A DNA stretch of 48,003 nucleotides, the filler included, from Jimgerdemannia flammicorona (taxonomy: Eukaryota): the NCBI GenBank assembly GCA_003990765.1. It is 2 parts of 2 records of this genome, joined end to end, with 100 filler letters (N's around TTAATTAATTAA, not from the genome) between each part and the next. Parts side by side here need not be neighbours in the genome. Positions count along the whole stretch, not along the records: positions 1 to 23,959 come from RBNJ01001042.1; positions 24,060 to 48,003 come from RBNJ01001043.1. One strand, 5' to 3'. The notes beneath the pieces were generated by a model, which did not search any database, had not been told where the DNA came from, and saw nothing but the letters and a program-made list of their open reading frames with translations. Shown piece by piece: positions 13,261 through 24,161 of this stretch (position 1 is the first letter of the stretch; every line of letters starts with the position of its first letter). Both the position numbers and the translations under genes were made by a program.

Positions 13261-13274
13261 AAGAAGGGGAGAGT
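13261..13274 (+). other. Polypurine tract of A1
   Basis: AAGAAGGGGAGAGT immediately before the LTR TG; the equivalent tract is at 38515-38528 and 44383-44396. Confidence 0.9.
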
Positions 13275-13380
13275 TGTAAGCGCACAACCTCCAAGCCACC
13301 AAAATCACATATCACCCTCTGAACAAGCCACTGAAATCACACATGACCTCTGAACAAATCTGGAAATCACCTGCTCGATC

Positions 13381-13470
13381 ACAAAGCTGAGTCAAACCGA
13401 AGTCATAGTATACAAAGCTGAGTCAAACCGAAGTCACAGTACACAAAGCTGAGTCAATATGAAGTCATGG
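13381..13470 (+). repeat. 31-bp tandem repeat x3 in LTR U3, each unit containing GCTGAGTCA
   Basis: GCTGAGTCA at 13386, 13417 and 13448. The LTRs at 24162 and 38529 have only two units. Confidence 0.9.
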
Positions 13471-13594
13471 AATACAAGATTTATACAAACGGAATCTTAC
13501 CAATCAAGACTAAACACATATATACTGAGCACCAAGATGTGTCAAACAGAGAACCAAAATAAACAACAACTACAACTTCTGAATATATATAAAT

Positions 13595-15090
13595 ATGACT
13601 ACTGAGATCTATAACTGCATCCATGCTGATATTTGGAATACCATTGTCAACTGAGCCACACCCCTCTACCTCTCATGAATATCCATAGCATAGCACTCCT
13701 TTACTTTGTGGAAGCCCAATAGAATACCCTGAACATGCTTAATGAGGCTCACTGGATCAGACAAATCTTAAGCTACTACCAGATTGATTACCTCCTGGAA
13801 GAAATGGTTGAACACCATTATGATACAGATATTACCCAGATGTCCCAACACCAGAAACTCATTGCCCGCAAACACCAAGAACTCTTCTATGAGTATAGCA
13901 CCTTTATTCTCTGCCTCTGAGTTACTACCAGTGAAATGGTTGCTATTCTATCCTATGGCCAAATCGATGACATGATATAAGAACTCAACCACAAGTACTT
14001 CGAGTACATCCAGACCACAGACAGAACCTTCCCACACTCCGATGACTATATCCTGCAAATGCCCCAAGTCGGATATACTATGAAGGACATCTACAATATA
14101 ATCTGGTTTGATGAAGATGAAGCAGAAGACAATGATCCCTCTGATACTGACATGACCCCAAGCCAAGGATCTCTACCAACACTAATCACACTGCCAATCT
14201 TATCAATAAACTTACAACAGTTCATAACTATCTACGAGACCTATTGGGACAATAATCACTGGCATGAATACCAATCTGTATTTATCCCCAATTACTTCAA
14301 CTATAATGAAGAGACTGGAGAATACAACCTGTATCTCCAGACAACCCTCAAGATCAAACCAACCACTCTACCAGCTGAGTATGAGTGACATGAACTACAG
14401 CCACCAGCATACTATAATCCCATAACTCATAGTGCTGTAACCTACAGAAGGTATGCAGACAGTGAATCTGATAAAAGTGAAGACAATGTACCACTCCTTC
14501 ACCCCCCAACACCTTATCCAGCATTAGTGCTCCCAATGAATCGAATCGAATTGAATTTGGCCCAAACTTGATTTGATTTGATCGAATCAAGGGTCCAATT
14601 CGATTTGAAGTTCGATTTGAACCTTAATTTTCAAAATGTAATAACTCGACGAAAGCTCATTCAAATTTAACGTATTTTAGCTTGTTAGATTTACCGTATT
14701 AATGTGATTCTAACAAGCTAAAGTACGTTAGATTTGGATGAGTTTACGCTGAGTTATTGCATTTTGAAAATCAGGGTTCAAATCAGACCCTTAATTCGAT
14801 TTGACTTTTGATTCAATTTGAATTGATTCAAATTGAAAAATCCCCAATTTGATTCAACTCGTTTAACCCTCAATTCGATTCAATTCGAATTGATTCGACT
14901 TGTTTGGGAGCACTATCCAGCATATGAGACAGATGATGCCATTCTGTAGGATGGTGATGAAGTTCCAATATATTATTATCTCAGCGAATAAGGAGAAGTA
15001 ATCTGTGAACCACTCTTCCTAGATGACTACTTCATCAGAGATGATGTCATCAATGGTGATGTCATCGAAGACTACCCAGATAGTGTCTAA
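13595..15090 (+). pseudogene. LTR-encoded ORF of unknown function (A1 copy, MITE-interrupted)
   Basis: Colinear with 24450-25547 once the MITE is removed; track ORFs 13735 and 14059 are pieces of it. Confidence 0.75.
14525..14915. mobile_element. Non-autonomous hAT-type MITE, 391 bp
   Basis: TIR TAGTGCTCCCAA/TTGGGAGCACTA; 8-bp TSD TCCAGCAT (14517-14524, 14916-14923); AATCG/ATTCG subterminal arrays; empty site near 25375. Confidence 0.92.
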
Positions 15091-15279
15091 ACCTATAAAT
15101 AGCTTAGCAGTCATAGTATAGTTAGATTAGCCTTATATAATATAACTGCGAACTGACTCAGCAGTCAGATGATCTCTTGATATATCAGATCACTCTTGTA
15201 CTACATGACTGCATTCCAACTCAGCAAGGCACTAAGTGCTACATCCATATCTAGCATAGTCCAGATAGCCTCTTACTAG

Positions 15280-15419
15280 TATAAATACCCCCTCCTCCAG
15301 ACCTTAGAATCTCAGACTTGAAAGACTTAAACACTCTAAACACAACTCCTGAGCACTTCCCCACAATATCCCTTTACACAACTACTCCTAGTATAGCAAT
15401 ATCATGAATAGCAAATAAA
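15280..15419 (+). promoter_or_regulatory. LTR TATA box and polyadenylation signal
   Basis: TATAAATA at 15280-15287 and AATAAA at 15414-15419; both conserved in all four LTR copies. Confidence 0.65.
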
Positions 15420-15777
15420 CCTATTTAATAATCTACAAACCACTCTTAAGTAAATCTACTCTCTGTTAGGTTCCACTTCTAACCCCATCACAAAATTTCC
15501 TAATTGGGTATTGTCTGCAGCGATATGCTAATTCAACTAAGCTGGTCTTAGTTTCTTGAACTTCCTGAAATACAGAAAATCCTGAGCATCCAGAACTAGT
15601 CTGAAAAAGGACTTTAGTTGAGATATCAATCTGATCTTGAAATCAATAAGCATAGAGAATGTACTCCATACAAAATTGATCTTAACCATAAGAAAACAGT
15701 CTTCCAGGACATCCAAAACTTCCAGAAAACCCTTCCAGAACTATGTAACAGTTATCCTAAAAAGCAACCCTCTTACA

Positions 15778-18700
15778 ATTTAAGAAGAAGATGAAGAACA
15801 TGAAGAGGAGTAAGTAGAAACACCTTTCTGGTCTATCTTATCTTTTATTTCTGAAATAGATAAGCAACTCTTAGAAGATAAAGAAATAGAGTAAGAAGAA
15901 CAGAAATCTGCTGCCCCAAAGCCCAAGAAGAAGTATATCCTAAAGACTATACCCAGAGATATCTACAATAAAGCCTGGCAAAAGATTTAAAAAGCCAAGA
16001 TAGAAGTTTCTCTCCTGCAGTTCTTACAACTAATACTAGCTAGAGTCTAAAACAAACTACTGAGAACTACCAGATCTAGTACTGGCTGAGTCCCAATCCC
16101 ATAGCAAGAGTCAGCTCCCACTCCTATTCAAGCTATAGAGAGACATATCAGTATCTATCTACATAGAGATATTAGAGGACAAAAGGCAAAAATTCTCATA
16201 GATATAGGAGCAGCTGTCTATATTATTACTAAATGATTTCTAGATACCCTCCAATAGCCCATTGATTGACCATCCAATCTTAGTATTATAGTAGCAGATA
16301 GAGCCCAAACTCAATCTCTTGGAGAAGTATGAAACATTACTATCTCTCTGAGATATATTTAGTTTTCTATTCCAAAGCTATTATCACTGAAGCTGTCACC
16401 TATGACATAATTCTTAACACTAACTGGATAAAGAAAATAAATACAGTGATCAATAAGTACTTAAGTTTAATTACTGAGATAAGAAGTACAGAGTCAAGGT
16501 GACCAGCTATAAACAATAAAAGAAGAAAAAGAAGGTCACCATTCAGAAGAAATATGCCAATAGTAAAGAATTTACTATAGAAGAGGAAGAAGAATCTAAA
16601 GATGGAAATAATCCCAGACTCAATACTTAAATCAATCTAGTAGATAATAGACCAGAAGATAATGTATGGACTAGAAACACTATCTCTATCACAATCAGAG
16701 CTATTGCAGAACAGATCAAAGGATATCCCACCTGCCTTAAGAGACACAAGTACTCTGAGCACTCCTCTAAGATTATTGAGACAAGGAATTTGCCTGGAAC
16801 AGCTTGCCCTGAGAGCAGAAAAAGGAAGAATAAATACAGATATATTCCAGAAACACCTGCAGCCAAAGCTACAGAAGTATAAGCAATCTGGGATCAAAAA
16901 TTATCTAAGGAAGAAGAAACCTCTAAATAGAAGATTCCTGAACAAGAAGTATCTAAAGAAGAAGAGGTTCCTGAACTTATTCCCTAAGATGACCCTTGCT
17001 GGATACCACCTGAAGATAATGATCCTTGAAATATTGAAGAAGGACTTAGTATAATCTCCATTATCCTAAAGTGAGAAATATATTAAGAAAGACAGAGACC
17101 CTAAAGGCTAGAACTCTCAACTATAATTGTATAGTCAACTACCTTTCAAAAAGTCACCACAAGATTACAAAGTTGATTTAGAGAATAAAGTCTCTTTACT
17201 CAAACAGAAGTATATCCCTTGGCTACTCTTTCTCTAACTTATGACTAAGATGGATACTGATTCCCAAGACAATAGGAGATTAATAGCCAGGAATAGTATT
17301 TTTAGGCAATGGAATATTGTAACTATAGAAGACACTCAGACTGCCAAGACTGTGGACACTAGAAGATTCACCTCAGCCAGGATGTTATAGTTTATACTCT
17401 AAAGAGAAGAAATAACAGAACCCAGATCCAAAAAAGCCAGACCAAGAAATCAGAAAGAAGGATTTTTCAAGATCTATAATTTGAGAGAAGATATCTTAGC
17501 TCTCATCAGACATACAACTTTCTGAGAATGAGTAGAAGATGCTACCAATTTTATGAAAGTTCTAGATCTTACAGGAAAAAGAGAAATCAATTATCTCCAA
17601 AATCTCTTTACTAGAGCCAGATGGGTGCATCTCAACCTCAGAGTTTAAAGACTTCCTGCCAGTAGAGCTTTAGCCCAAGGATAGTTCAAACTCAGCAAAG
17701 ATATTACCCAGTATATCCTGCTACAGCCCAAGGCTAAACCTCTAACCAAAGCTCACCAAGAAGACATAAGGTATAATCTCTTCAGTCTGGAGGATGAACT
17801 CATCAAATCTGAGAGAATATTGATGTTTAGAAATAGACTAGCCATACAGCCACCCAAAGAAACTTATATCCAACTGACCTCAAGGTCTGGACTTATCAGA
17901 TAAGGAGTAACTGTAGAAGGAGGAACTATAAATCTAGGATATATAGGTGAAATCAAGATCATTCTATATAATAGTAGTATAGAATGATATCAAATTCTTA
18001 AAGGACAGAAGATTGCTCAAGCAGTCTTCATGAAAGTCAAGACTCCCCAATTACAAGAAATCTCCAAACTGACTGAAAGAACAAGACAAGCTGAAGAATT
18101 TAGAAGCTCAGATAAGAAGAAAGTACATCTCCTTTAGGTCAACTACCTCAAGAAGAATGCCCCTCAATAAGTATATTGTCAATTAGTCAAACTGTACAAG
18201 AATCTCATCCTGGAGTCTAGAGAGCAAACCATTTTGAAATATTTATACCATCCAACCCCAGGAATCTCTTCTTCAAATCCAATAAAAATATCCTGAATCT
18301 AGATATTGAAAGACATATATTCTCTGACAAGATGAAACCAGTATACTCCTAAGCAATCAACCAGAGCTAAGAAAGCATCATCTTGTTAAAAGAAACCATT
18401 ATAGGATATCTAGTGCCTTTTTTCAACTGAACTCATAGAGAAATCTATGAGCTAAACTTATCAGGAAATGGCAAAAGATCTCAGAAGAAAGGAAAGACCC
18501 ATCTGTAACCCAGAAAACAGTAAAGCCTTCTACCAATATTAGAGAAGAATTGATATCTCAGCAATAGCAACAACTAGTAGAACTCCTTAATAAATATCAA
18601 GATATCTTCACTACTAATTATAGCAACCTACTATACAACTCATCATATCACTATAGTATAAATATAGCAAATGCAACACTTATCTGATAGAAATCTTACA

Positions 18701-19945
18701 GAATATTCCATCACCTAAAAATATTTGAAAAGGAACACATTTAAAAACTCTTGGATATTAGAGTCATCTGACCCTCTACTAGTCCCTGGGTCAGTCCTAT
18801 ATTTATTGTACCAAAGAAAAGAGGATGAAGACTCTATGTAGACTATAAGAAACTCAATTCAGTCACCAAGAAGAATATCTATCCTTTGCCCAAAATCAAT
18901 GATCTCTTGGACCAGTTATAAGATACTAGATATTTCAGCAATATAGACCTTTTTATAAGATTCTATGAAATTCTCATAGATCTCAAAGACATTCAGAAAA
19001 CAGGTTTTCTTATCTTAGAAAAACTGTTTGAATATCTCCAAATATTCTTTGGACTTTGTAATACACCTCTTATCTTTTAGAGAATGATGAACTCAGTCTA
19101 TAGCCCACTGATCTACTATTGCCTGATTATATATATAAATGATTCAAACATCTATTCAGCAAATTTCAAGGAATACCTATACTATCTAGAAGAATTCTTC
19201 AAGCTCACCTATAAGAATTACCTGAGACTCAATGTCAAGAAATGCTACTTTGGAAAACAGAAACTTGAATTTCTTAGATTTATAGTTTCAAAAGAAGGAA
19301 CTTATACAGACTTAAAGAAAACTGAGAAGATCAACAATTGACCAGTATCCAAAACTCCAAAGGAAATACTATTATTTCTGATACTAGTACCCTACTACAG
19401 AAAGTTTATCAAGGACTTTACCCAAATCACTGTCTCAATCCAAATCCTTCTCAAGAAAGAAGTATCTTATAAATAGATAGAATTACAAGAGAAAGCCTTC
19501 AAAGAACTCAGACACCACATGACCACAGTACCAATTCTTATTTGGCTCAATTTATAGAAACCATTTATCTTATATATAGATGTCTCCAAAGATGGTCTTG
19601 GAGTAGTTCTAGCCTAAGAAGGACCTGATCAATAGCATCATATAATAGCTTATATAAGCCAAGTAACTAATCAGCAGCAAATCAACCATAGTAGTACTAA
19701 ACTAGAATGTCTTGCAGTTATATGGGTGATCACTCTATTCAAGCATTATCTTATTGGAAAAAGATTCACTCTGATAACTAACTTTGTAGCCCTCAAATAA
19801 CTATTCAACTATAAGGAATCTACCAGAATCCTAGCCTAATAGATTCTTATCCTTCAGAATTACAAAATTACTATTATCTATAAAGCAGAGAAAGCTTACA
19901 ACAATGTTGATATACTTTCCCACTAATCTCAATAAATCAGAAGAA
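15778..19945 (+). mobile_element. Heavily decayed Ty3/gypsy family B fragment (PR - spacer - dUTPase - RT - RNase H; no integrase or LTR retained)
   Basis: ILIDIGAAV (DTG-derived, 16201); SRSGL..GGTINLGYIGEI..KIAQ (17880-18020); [34 protein letters not shown]. Copy A1 is inserted at its left side. Confidence 0.88.
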
Positions 19946-19949
19946 GAAT

Positions 19950-22900
19950 ATACTAAGGGGGAAAGACTTTTCTCTATACTTATTTATCAAAATAGCTATC
20001 TGACTTCCCTCTAACAGACTGATTAAAGATTGCTTAAACTCTGAGAGAACTCTCATATGCTTCAGTACTCCTTCAAGTCACACTTGCCAGACCCTATCAT
20101 AGGCCTTCTCTTGGTTCAGAAATACTAGCTGATCATTGATCCTTATAGTATAAGTATCTTCAATGACACTATGTACTCATGCTATTCTATCTCTTATCAA
20201 ATGACTCCTAATGAAACCCTTCTACTCTGTCTCTAATATCTACTAAGCTACCCTCTACAGTCTAGTTATTAATATCTTTATAACTAACTTGTGATATATA
20301 TCCAGAAGTATAATTGGTCTCTAGTTCTTCTAATTCTCCCTTCTTTTCTTATTCTTATACAACAGAACTACAAGACTCAGGTGCTGTCTCTCAATTTAAA
20401 CCCCCAAGCCAATAACTTCATTACACATTCACATCATCTCTTTCAAAGCCAATTCTATATCTGCCATCCTCTTCAGGGACTGTCCCAAGACTCATTATCA
20501 CTAATATTCCATGGATTTTCTCTCCTCAGACAGATATCCCAAGTTTACCTAAGCCCTCTACTGAGTTTGGATACTAATCCTCCAGATATTATTCAATATT
20601 CTATATATTGTCCCCACTCTCCTCCTTACTCTACAATTATCTTATCAGGAATTCAACTGGCCTAAGATCTCTAGAGTACTAACCACTAACTCTTCTGCCT
20701 CATTCAATACTCCTTCCCACTGCTGCTTCACCCTTTTTGCCCAAAGCTGCCTTAATAAGAACTTTGTAGGCCTTTTCTTCTCTTTTAAGCCCTATGATTG
20801 CAATCATACTACTATATTGTTTATTTATAGTTCTTCCTCCTACTACAGTAGCCCATTCAACTCCTCTACCTCCAGTTAGATCTGCTAAACCCTTCTCCCT
20901 TCTTTCTATTATTTAGCAGATCAGCTCACTTTACCAATAGCTTCTCTAATCTCTGAGAAGCTCACCTTAAATATCTTCTTCTCTGAGCACCTCTCTCTCT
21001 CTCTGTCTTCCCTCAGAACCATTGAGTATCCAATTTCAAATATCTCTAACAATCTCCAATTGCCAGCTTCTGTATCCTCCAGCTAATAATCCTAGAGCTA
21101 ATATCAACCACCTATGAATCTCATAAGAAGAGTTCCTCCAGTAATAAAGTATTTAGGTACTAATATCCAGACTTCTCCTCACTACCCCAAACCTTCTACA
21201 ACTCAGCAGACTCCAATGATCTGATCATGGGCACTAAATTGTCTCTAAAGAGTCTCAGATATCTGCTTCCCAGTACTCAGCAGTTAAGATCTAGTTAATT
21301 CTCAAATCCAGCCCTATCATCCAGTGAGTATAGATTTTGCAGTCTCTCTAACCAAGATGTCTGATATCTATCAGTAAGCTCAGACTTTCAACCTCCTTCC
21401 AGTCTTTCATATCTCTACTTCTATTAGCTATCTCTCTCTCTTTATTGATCCTATTCAACTATCCATTCCATATTATATTAAAGTCTCCCCCCAGATAATC
21501 AATCCTCTCTGCTACTATAGTACTAGTCTCTTAAAGTCCTCTTATCCATTTTATGTACTCTCTCCTTTCCACTGGGCAATAATAAGACCCAACTATCAGG
21601 AAGCTCTAGCCTGGCCTTCTCCATACTCTCCACACTACTCTACCCCTCTAATATTCAATATCTCCAATATCCCCTTTATCCTTCTGAACCAATATGTCCA
21701 CCCAACTCTGTCATATAGCCACACCCCCCCATTCTCTCATCTAGTCTAGTATATCTAAGTTCTCATTATATCTTAAATTCTATAGTAAGAACAGATTCAT
21801 ATCCAGTCTCTTCAATTAGCTGAAAATATTCTGATATCTCACTGTATTCCACAATCTATTAATATTCAAAGAGAAGATTCTAGTTATACTATTTATATTG
21901 AATAATGTTTTTAAGAACCAGTCACCTGCTTTATAATTCTATACTCACTATATCACTAGCAATATCCAGATTCCTCTCTGCCTCAAGCTTATCTGCCTCT
22001 CTCTGCTGTATATCCAGTACTTCTAAGATTTTCCAACAGTCTTTACTATCTATAGTCTCTATATTAGATGAGTACTCCTTGCATACTATCTGCCACTTTT
22101 CCAACCCCTTCTTAGATCCCTATAGATAAGTTACATAGTCATTTATAATTGCCAGAAGTACTGCCTCTCTGTTATCATCTATCTCATATTTCTCTACCTC
22201 TAACAAGCCTGCCAACAGCTCATTTTAAAGCTTCTGTACCATCTCTTCTCTTTGCAGGATCTCACTCAAATGTCTTTCACTAATTACCTAAAAATCTACC
22301 TCACCTAACTTATCTGCTATAATATTCATCAGTATCTTCCACAACCACCTCTCCTCTCCTATAGTCTCATTGATATCTAGGGCTATCTCCTACCCCCTAA
22401 CCCCCTGACCTCTCTTAGTATTTGTCCTTACTGACTCAACTCAATCCTCCTCCAGCATATTCTATAGCTCATCAGTTCTCCTCCCTCTTGTGGGCACTTT
22501 ATACTCTACTTGAGCCTCCTCTACCATCACCTCATCCTCTATCACTATACTCTGCCCAGAGCCTCCACCCTTCTCCAGAGTTACTATGGGAGTCCCTCCC
22601 TTCTCCCCTGCTCAAATACTTACTCTTGATTCATCTCCTTCAGCAATATTCTCTCTCTTTACTCTCTATCTCAGATTTGCCAACAAGTCTTTCTAATGCT
22701 ATCTTCCTTATACTCTCTCTCAGACAACTTGATTCAGTTGCACTCTCCTACCATTTATAATCTCTACTACTATCTTAGCTTTAAACTCCTTCTATATCAG
22801 CTATCTTTTCTCCACTACTCTAGCCAGGTCTTTCAATATCTTTAGTAAGTTCCTCTCCTCCTCAGACATCTCTATTACCCTCAAGACCTTATACTTCACT

Positions 22901-23913
22901 AGTCTCCACTTAAGCACACTGGTCAATTCTTTTCTTTCTCAGTATTCTTCTTATCTGCCAATCTTACTCTGATATCCACATCTCTAGTTCTGAACTCTAT
23001 ACCTTCTCAGACCTAGAATCTAACATCTACTACATTTCTATACTTTTTGATAATATCCACAATCAGCCACTTGGCCACCTTCTTCTTCATTATGGATACA
23101 TTTGCCACTACTAGTTATACCATCTGAGGGTCTCAGTACAGGTACTGAGCTATATAGATTGTTATTTCTTCTACTACTACTTCTTTCTCCAATACTCCCA
23201 ACATCAGATCCTCTCCCTTGAAGCTCATCTCCACTCTTTTCAGTCTCTTCAGAAACTTTACTAAAGTCACTCCTTTTACCTTCTGGGCCAGAAGCTTTAG
23301 AATTATTTTTTACTGGCTACTAAGCCTCAGAAGTATAGTATAACTATAAATTCAGATACCAATTTCTTGAGTAATAGTACTACCACCAGATCTGTTATAC
23401 CATCAGCCAGATCTCTAGGCCTTATGTCTTCCCCCTACTCAGCCCCACTATCAGCTATTATATCTGAATTTTTTTCCAAATTAATAATTTCCCCTCTACT
23501 AGTAGTTCTACTCTCTCTAGTTTCTACTCTCTTAGCTCTACTGCTATCATTACTATGGATCCCTCTACTAGGCCCTACAGTCCTCTCCTTCTTCTTACTC
23601 TTCTGCAGCCAACTCTCTAATCTAGTTGCTAAATACTCTATCTTGATCTTATTAGTGAAACTTATTCTCTCAGATCTCTGTCTACTAGTTCCATCTCTTC
23701 CACCTTCTTGTCTATCAGCAAGAGTGCTCAATAGGCTCCCCCCCAAGCCATGACTCCTCCTCACATACTGTAAGTTAGACATACTGGGGCTACTCTACTC
23801 TGTATACTCCTCAGGTTACCTATTAGTCATTATATTATTATTACCTTTTCTTTAAAAATGATGTTGAAAATATTGTCAGAAGTTTGTATAATCTAAATTA
23901 TATCAGAGAAAGG
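19950..23913 (-). mobile_element. Old, strongly mutated LINE copy L3 (5' UTR, ORF1, EN, part of RT; 3' part lost)
   Basis: Colinear with L1: 20091-20130 matches the DQEKAYD region at 9101-9140, ~21800-21900 matches the EN start, and ~23820-23913 matches the L1 5' UTR. Confidence 0.85.
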
Positions 23914-23959
23914 TCATTATCTATAGTAATAATTTTTTTTTTTTTTTTTTTTTTTTTTT

Positions 23960-24059
23960 NNNNNNNNNNNNNNNNNNNNNNNNNNNNNNNNNNNNNNNNN
24001 NNNTTAATTAATTAANNNNNNNNNNNNNNNNNNNNNNNNNNNNNNNNNNNNNNNNNNNN
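23960..24059. other. Artificial scaffold gap linker (44 N + TTAATTAATTAA + 44 N)
   Basis: Exactly 100 bp and symmetric, with a six-frame stop 12-mer at 24004-24015. Confidence 0.97.
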
Positions 24060-24161
24060 CTGATCATCTGTCTGCTCTTTACTATATCCAGTATTCAAAC
24101 CTGACCCTATATATGCCTTTTATCTCTATATTTTCTATAATTCTTCTTTCTCAAGCATCTA

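Larger units (their letters stand above)
1176..15777 (+). mobile_element. Ty3/gypsy chromovirus family A, copy A1 (5' LTR outside window; interrupted by LINE 7192-13093 and MITE 14525-14915)
   Basis: Gag, dUTPase, PR (DSGAS at 3564), RT, RNase H, integrase and chromodomain motifs in order. 3' UTR is split by the LINE. PPT at 13261-13274, then a TGTAAG...CTTACA LTR. Confidence 0.95.
13275..15777 (+). repeat. Family A LTR (3' LTR of A1), including MITE insertion
   Basis: TGTAAG...CTTACA inverted termini; colinear with 24162-26223, 38529-41027 and the ends of 44397-45875. Confidence 0.95.

Noticed and set aside
13381..13470. 31-bp periodic repeats and MITE pentamer arrays as a CRISPR-like array
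   Set aside because: No unique spacers and no cas genes; these are tandem LTR and subterminal repeats.
16662..17054. 130-aa basic ORF in family B
   Set aside because: Probably an off-frame reading of the acidic A-rich spacer; no independent support.
19955..19965. AAGGGGGAAAG as a PPT for family B
   Set aside because: It aligns to the LINE RT region (cf. 8965-8975) on the minus strand, and no LTR follows.
23933..23959. Poly(T) run before the gap
   Set aside because: Probably the tail of another minus-strand LINE, but the body falls in the gap, so it cannot be called.
23960..24059. Palindromic TTAATTAATTAA flanked by Ns
   Set aside because: Assembly linker with six-frame stops; adjacency across it is not reliable.
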